DNA from: Candidatus Latescibacterota bacterium
GTDB lineage: Bacteria; Latescibacterota; UBA2968; GCA-2709665
NCBI GenBank assembly: GCA_965116875.1
Contig: OZ220733.1
Coordinates: 3,520,001 to 3,584,000, forward strand
DNA: 64,000 bases
Reading direction: 5' to 3'
The stretch's first letter is position 1. Every line of letters begins with the position of its first letter. Positions 60,000 to 64,000 of this stretch are shown piece by piece. The position numbers were made by a program, and so were the translations under genes. The notes below the pieces were generated by a model that did no database searches, had not been told where the DNA came from, and was given only the letters and a program-made list of their open reading frames with translations.

Positions 60000-62336
60000 A
60001 TGAGACCCCAAATCCAGAATTCCATCGCCATCCTCCTCCTGCTGAACCTCGCAGCGTGTTCGCCACGGGAAACCGTGACCGTGTCGGGCGCGGTAAGCCG
60101 GCCGGGCGACGTCGGCTACCGTGCGGATTGGACGTTGGAGAATTACGTGGACGCGGCGGGCGGATACCTGGCCGAAGCGGATACGGGCCGCGTCGCTCTC
60201 GTCCGTGACGGGGCGGACAGCGTGGCGGCCGGCGCCCACGGCAACTTCCTGAAATGGGCGGTCGACGACGCCCCGGCCCCGTTGCCGGGCGACCTGATCG
60301 CAGTGCCGATGAAGTCCTATCGGGTCCGGTTCGATACGGTGATGGCGGTGAAAAACCTGCGGCTGGAACGGAAGGGTCACGTCTACCGGATGGAACTTGG
60401 AAAAGCGGCGCTCGGAACAACGTCGCGAGGGGTGGTGGCGGCCGTCTTATTCGGGAAAGGAGAGGTGATCCGGCAGGATTCCGGGAACCCGGCAGGTCCG
60501 TTTCAATACCTTTACGTTACAATGCATCCCGATCGGTACGGCGCGCTCCTGCCCGCGATCGAATCTCCGATCCCGGGCCGCGAGGCGATTGAAGACGCCA
60601 CGGCGCTGCACCGCTATCTGTTCAGGACGTCGGCATTCCGGGCGGGAGAACGGACACATCTTCCGCCCGAGGGCCATTTCCGGGTGCAGGCCGGCGTCTG
60701 GCTCCGGCCGAAAAACGCATCGCATCCCGGCGGCGGCGTGCGGAAACGGCATTACGGTGACGGCCGGGTATGGACGACGTATCCGGACGGAAGGCAGCGA
60801 TGGCGCGATGCGAACGGGCGAGTTGAGATGCAGTTTCCCAATAATACGAGGGAAACGCGGTTTCCGGATGGTTCGGTCCGAATGGAAGACCCGCTGGGCG
60901 GCGTACGGACAACGTACCCGGACGGCCGGATGGTGACCGAAGACGCCGGCGGCAACCGGCACCGGGTGTACCGGGACGGGCGTGAGGAATGGCGGCACGC
61001 GTCGGGAAACCGGATGACGATTTATCCCGACGGCCGGCGGGTACACCGGTTTGCCAGCGGAACCGTGCGCACGGTGCATCCCGACGGTGTCGAGCGGACG
61101 GTATTTTCCGACGGGACACGGCACGTGCAATATCCCGGCGGAAGGGTGGAGGTGGACGTGCCGGGAGATACGCGAGAGACGCGCTATCCGGATGGAAGTG
61201 TCGTTGCAATTACCCCCGAGGGGCATCGGATACGGGTCTTCGCGGACGGCCGTCAGTTTACGCGGATGAACGACGGCACCACGATTGAGCAGTTTCCGGA
61301 TGGACGAAAGGTACAGAAACACCCGTCGGGCGAGACGCTTGAGGTATTCGCCGATCGATCGCGCCGCACCGTGTATTCCGACGGATCGGAAACGGTGCGC
61401 CGTCCGGACGGCGTACGCGTCGCGCGGCTTGGAGACGGCACGGTGATCGAGGAATTCCCGGACGGCAGGATTGTGCAGACCGATACCTCGGGAACACGCC
61501 TCGAGTTTCTCACGCCGGATCGATATGTCGTTACGGACCGGGAGGGCAACCGCATTGAAGTAGGCCCCGACAGTACCGCCACGAAGCAATTAGCGGAGCC
61601 CTACCGGTACCGCGGCTCGATCCGGCGCGACCTGATCGGGATTGACCGCGTACCGGAACGAATCTCTCCCGGAATGGAGGCATTCATCCAGGGAACGTTG
61701 GGCGACGTCGTGAAATCGCTGTCTATGGCGGTTTTCGCGCTTCCCGGCGGCGATGTCCTGGATATGGCGACGAAGCACGATGCGGGACGTTTTTCCGGGT
61801 TCCTGCTGATCCGCGAACCCGGACACTACCGTCTGCAGATCCAGGGAAAACTGGAAAACGGCGACGCGCTCGTGCTGGAAGACCGCATGTTGATGGTCGG
61901 CAATCCGCCGCCTCTGGTGAAGCCTGCAATCGAGGTCGCGCTGTATCCTGGCGATGCGGCCGCGGGTCGCCGGCTGATGGAGCTCGTAAACCAGGTGCGC
62001 GCCGGGAAGGGCCGCATGAGACTGAAGTGGGACGACGACCTGGCCTACGCGGCGGGATCCCATCTGCAGGACATGCTGGCGTACGGCACTGTCTCGCACC
62101 GGTCGCCTATGTACGGAAACCTCACGAGCCGTCTGGAACGACTGAATATTCCATTTGAGGTCGCGCTGGAAAATCTGGCGAGGGCGCCCTCGTTGGAGGA
62201 AGCGCACTGGCACCTGATGTTGAGCGCCGAGCACAGGCGGAACATCCTCGAACCGCGACTGACCCATATCGGAATCGCCGTGACGCGTGAGCGGGGCCAG
62301 GTGTGGGTGGCTGAAATCTTCAAGCGGAGACATTAA
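60000..62336 (+). CDS. lipoprotein with an SLBB domain, central xPDG beta-repeats and a C-terminal CAP/SCP domain
   Basis: Lipobox LAAC; VTVSGAVSRPG..AAGG; many (Y/F/H)PDG repeats; LVNQVR, H..DM, ENLA, LMLSAEHRRNIL, HIGIAV. Confidence 0.75.
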   Translation: MRPQIQNSIAILLLLNLAACSPRETVTVSGAVSRPGDVGYRADWTLENYVDAAGGYLAEADTGRVALVRDGADSVAAGAHGNFLKWAVDDAPAPLPGDLIAVPMKSYRVRFDTVMAVKNLRLERKGHVYRMELGKAALGTTSRGVVAAVLFGKGEVIRQDSGNPAGPFQYLYVTMHPDRYGALLPAIESPIPGREAIEDATALHRYLFRTSAFRAGERTHLPPEGHFRVQAGVWLRPKNASHPGGGVRKRHYGDGRVWTTYPDGRQRWRDANGRVEMQFPNNTRETRFPDGSVRMEDPLGGVRTTYPDGRMVTEDAGGNRHRVYRDGREEWRHASGNRMTIYPDGRRVHRFASGTVRTVHPDGVERTVFSDGTRHVQYPGGRVEVDVPGDTRETRYPDGSVVAITPEGHRIRVFADGRQFTRMNDGTTIEQFPDGRKVQKHPSGETLEVFADRSRRTVYSDGSETVRRPDGVRVARLGDGTVIEEFPDGRIVQTDTSGTRLEFLTPDRYVVTDREGNRIEVGPDSTATKQLAEPYRYRGSIRRDLIGIDRVPERISPGMEAFIQGTLGDVVKSLSMAVFALPGGDVLDMATKHDAGRFSGFLLIREPGHYRLQIQGKLENGDALVLEDRMLMVGNPPPLVKPAIEVALYPGDAAAGRRLMELVNQVRAGKGRMRLKWDDDLAYAAGSHLQDMLAYGTVSHRSPMYGNLTSRLERLNIPFEVALENLARAPSLEEAHWHLMLSAEHRRNILEPRLTHIGIAVTRERGQVWVAEIFKRRH

Positions 62337-62419
62337 CCAGGATTCGTATGTCTTTGTGGACGTTAATTCGAATATATGCAAGTTGATAAAGTCGATTCAA
62401 CTGCGGATTACCAGGATAC
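62333..62419. mobile_element. MITE family A partial inverted copy
   Basis: TTAA-CCAGGATTCG..GGACGTTAATTCGAATA..GCGGATTACCAGGATAC is the reverse complement of the right half of other copies. Confidence 0.72.
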
Positions 62420-62432
62420 TCGAGGATTGGAC

Positions 62433-64000
62433 GTGAAGATCAGACGTGGGACAGCCTGCCTGGTCGTCGGCGCACTCGCCTGGTGCAACGCCGCTTTCGC
62501 GTCCGAAAGCGACCTGAAGTCGGCCGAAGATCGATTCCGGATTGCGGTCGAGCGGCTGGGACGGGTCTCGACCGAAGAGAGTCTCCGCGCGTTGAATGGC
62601 GTGCTGGCGCTGGATGAGAATCACGTCCGGGCGCACGTGGAAATCGCCATGCTGCATATATCTGAAAATACGCCTCTTGCCAGAAGCACTGCCGAGAAAT
62701 TCCTGCGTCGCGCAATCCGCCTGGAGCCGGGAAACGGGGACCATCGGGTGCTGCTGGGCGATCTCATGTGGACGCAGGGGTTCCTGTCGAATGCGAAAAG
62801 ACAATATGAGGAAGTCCTCGAGCGGGATCCGCGAAACGCTCGGGCGGCCTTCGGACTCGGAGTTTACTATGTAAAGGACTTTATCAAATACTGGAACATG
62901 ATCGACATGGAGGGAGATAACCATAGCGTGATGCTGGAGTGGCGGCATTTCGCCCGGGAATATCGCGACCTGGCAATCCTGAATCTCGGGCAGAGCATCC
63001 GTTACGATCCGGGATTTAAGGACGCCTATTACCAATTGGGCCTGGTCTATATGGAGGAGTTGAGATCCGCTCCCGATGCCGCCGGAAGGGCGCTGGTCAA
63101 CGTCGCCAACTCGCTGTTGAAGGCGTATCCCGCGGACAAGGACGCATTGTGGTTCGTCGGGTTGGGCTACCACACCGGCGGATATCCGGAAAAGGCATGG
63201 GATTTCTACGTCCGGGCGCTCGACAGAATGGACCTGGAGGAACGTTCGATCATCGAGTCGCTGGAGACCGTAGCTGACGACAAGGAACGGGTACGCGTAG
63301 CCGAAGCGGATTCGCAAACTCAGGAGGCCGGAGGCGGGTGGGTGGACACTTCCGAGCGGGAGCGGTTCTGGCGCAGACAGGACCCGCTGCTGCTGACGGA
63401 AAGGAACGAACGGAGAATGGAGCACTATCGCCGGGTGGCCTATGCCAATTTGCGGTTCGGCAAGCCGAGGCAAGGAATTGCGGGGTGGCGGACGGAAATG
63501 GGTCGGGTCTACATCAAATACGGAGACCCCCTCAGCCGCAGGGTGACGCGCCCCGAGGTCGACCAGCGGGGACGAACCGCTCAGGCGCACACCGAACTGT
63601 GGGCGTATGAAGGCTTTTCCTTTCGGTTCAGGAACTGGAACGGGCTGGACGGGTGGCATTTCGACGTCAGTTCTCTGTTTTTTCCCTATGGAGAATGGGT
63701 CCTCAAGCGGACGCCGCAGCGATTCGTCGATCCCTATCGCGACCTGAAATACAGCATGCCGTACCAGGTGGCCGCGTTTCGAGACGACGGCAGGATACGT
63801 CTGGAAGTGGCTTACGCGATTGCGAAGGAGCGACTGAGGACGTCCGAAAGGGGCGCCGTCGACCTGCAGGACGGGCTTTTCCTGTTCGACCGCGACTGGA
63901 ATGAGGTCTCACGGGCCGTGTACGAAACCCGGAGGCTGGCGGACGCGGGAGAGGACAGTCTCAGGGGGCGGTACCTTCTGTCGCAGTCCAGGCTGATGAT
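62433..64000 (+). CDS. TPR-containing GWxTD domain protein (3' end outside window; absent from the ORF track)
   Basis: Manual translation from GTG 62433 after GAGGA: signal peptide, TPR-like helices, FWRRQDP..NERRMEHYRRVAYANLRF..GWRTEMGRVYIKYGDP. Confidence 0.85.
   Translation, partial: MKIRRGTACLVVGALAWCNAAFASESDLKSAEDRFRIAVERLGRVSTEESLRALNGVLALDENHVRAHVEIAMLHISENTPLARSTAEKFLRRAIRLEPGNGDHRVLLGDLMWTQGFLSNAKRQYEEVLERDPRNARAAFGLGVYYVKDFIKYWNMIDMEGDNHSVMLEWRHFAREYRDLAILNLGQSIRYDPGFKDAYYQLGLVYMEELRSAPDAAGRALVNVANSLLKAYPADKDALWFVGLGYHTGGYPEKAWDFYVRALDRMDLEERSIIESLETVADDKERVRVAEADSQTQEAGGGWVDTSERERFWRRQDPLLLTERNERRMEHYRRVAYANLRFGKPRQGIAGWRTEMGRVYIKYGDPLSRRVTRPEVDQRGRTAQAHTELWAYEGFSFRFRNWNGLDGWHFDVSSLFFPYGEWVLKRTPQRFVDPYRDLKYSMPYQVAAFRDDGRIRLEVAYAIAKERLRTSERGAVDLQDGLFLFDRDWNEVSRAVYETRRLADAGEDSLRGRYLLSQSRLM

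Noticed and set aside
62397-63659. 420-aa minus-strand ORF
   Set aside because: Shadow of the plus-strand TPR-GWxTD gene that runs off the window.

Overview
Bacterial chromosome window from a GC-rich diderm; the gene set (GWxTD protein, heparinase II/III-like, many Gfo/Idh/MocA and PhyH genes) suggests a Latescibacterota/Gemmatimonadota-like organism, which is an inference. 1-9.2 kb: housekeeping run prfB(3' part)-lysS-lolD-clpC-bamA(1-nt frameshift)-skp-fabZ. 9.3-15 kb: aapJQMP-type amino-acid ABC transporter and a DMFase-beta-like gene. 15-23.2 kb: repeat-dense accessory zone with a small GIY-YIG nuclease among palindromic repeats, duplicated small membrane genes, two RDD genes, Yip1, a CPBP protease, MITEs and a 25-bp minisatellite family. 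23.2-32.3 kb: a visibly more AT-rich, co-oriented cluster that is the best candidate for an undescribed system. It encodes a 97-aa precursor with an Flp-prepilin-like leader, a second signal peptide and an 8-Cys/5-Trp core, next to an A24 prepilin peptidase, two thioredoxin-fold proteins, a CxxC-bearing FMN-binding protein, ApbE, a beta-propeller, an AraC regulator and a MacB-type permease, with no pilus assembly genes. 32.8-57.6 kb: catabolic genes (solA-like, tandem uxuA-like, oxidoreductases, heparinase-like, amidohydrolases, Co-type nitrile hydratase, PhyH pair, B12-radical SAM, glycosyltransferase). The end holds hpf, an NnrS-like gene, an SLBB/xPDG-repeat/CAP lipoprotein and a truncated TPR-GWxTD gene. 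No rRNA, tRNA or CRISPR array was seen. All calls come from reading motifs by eye; no database searches were run.
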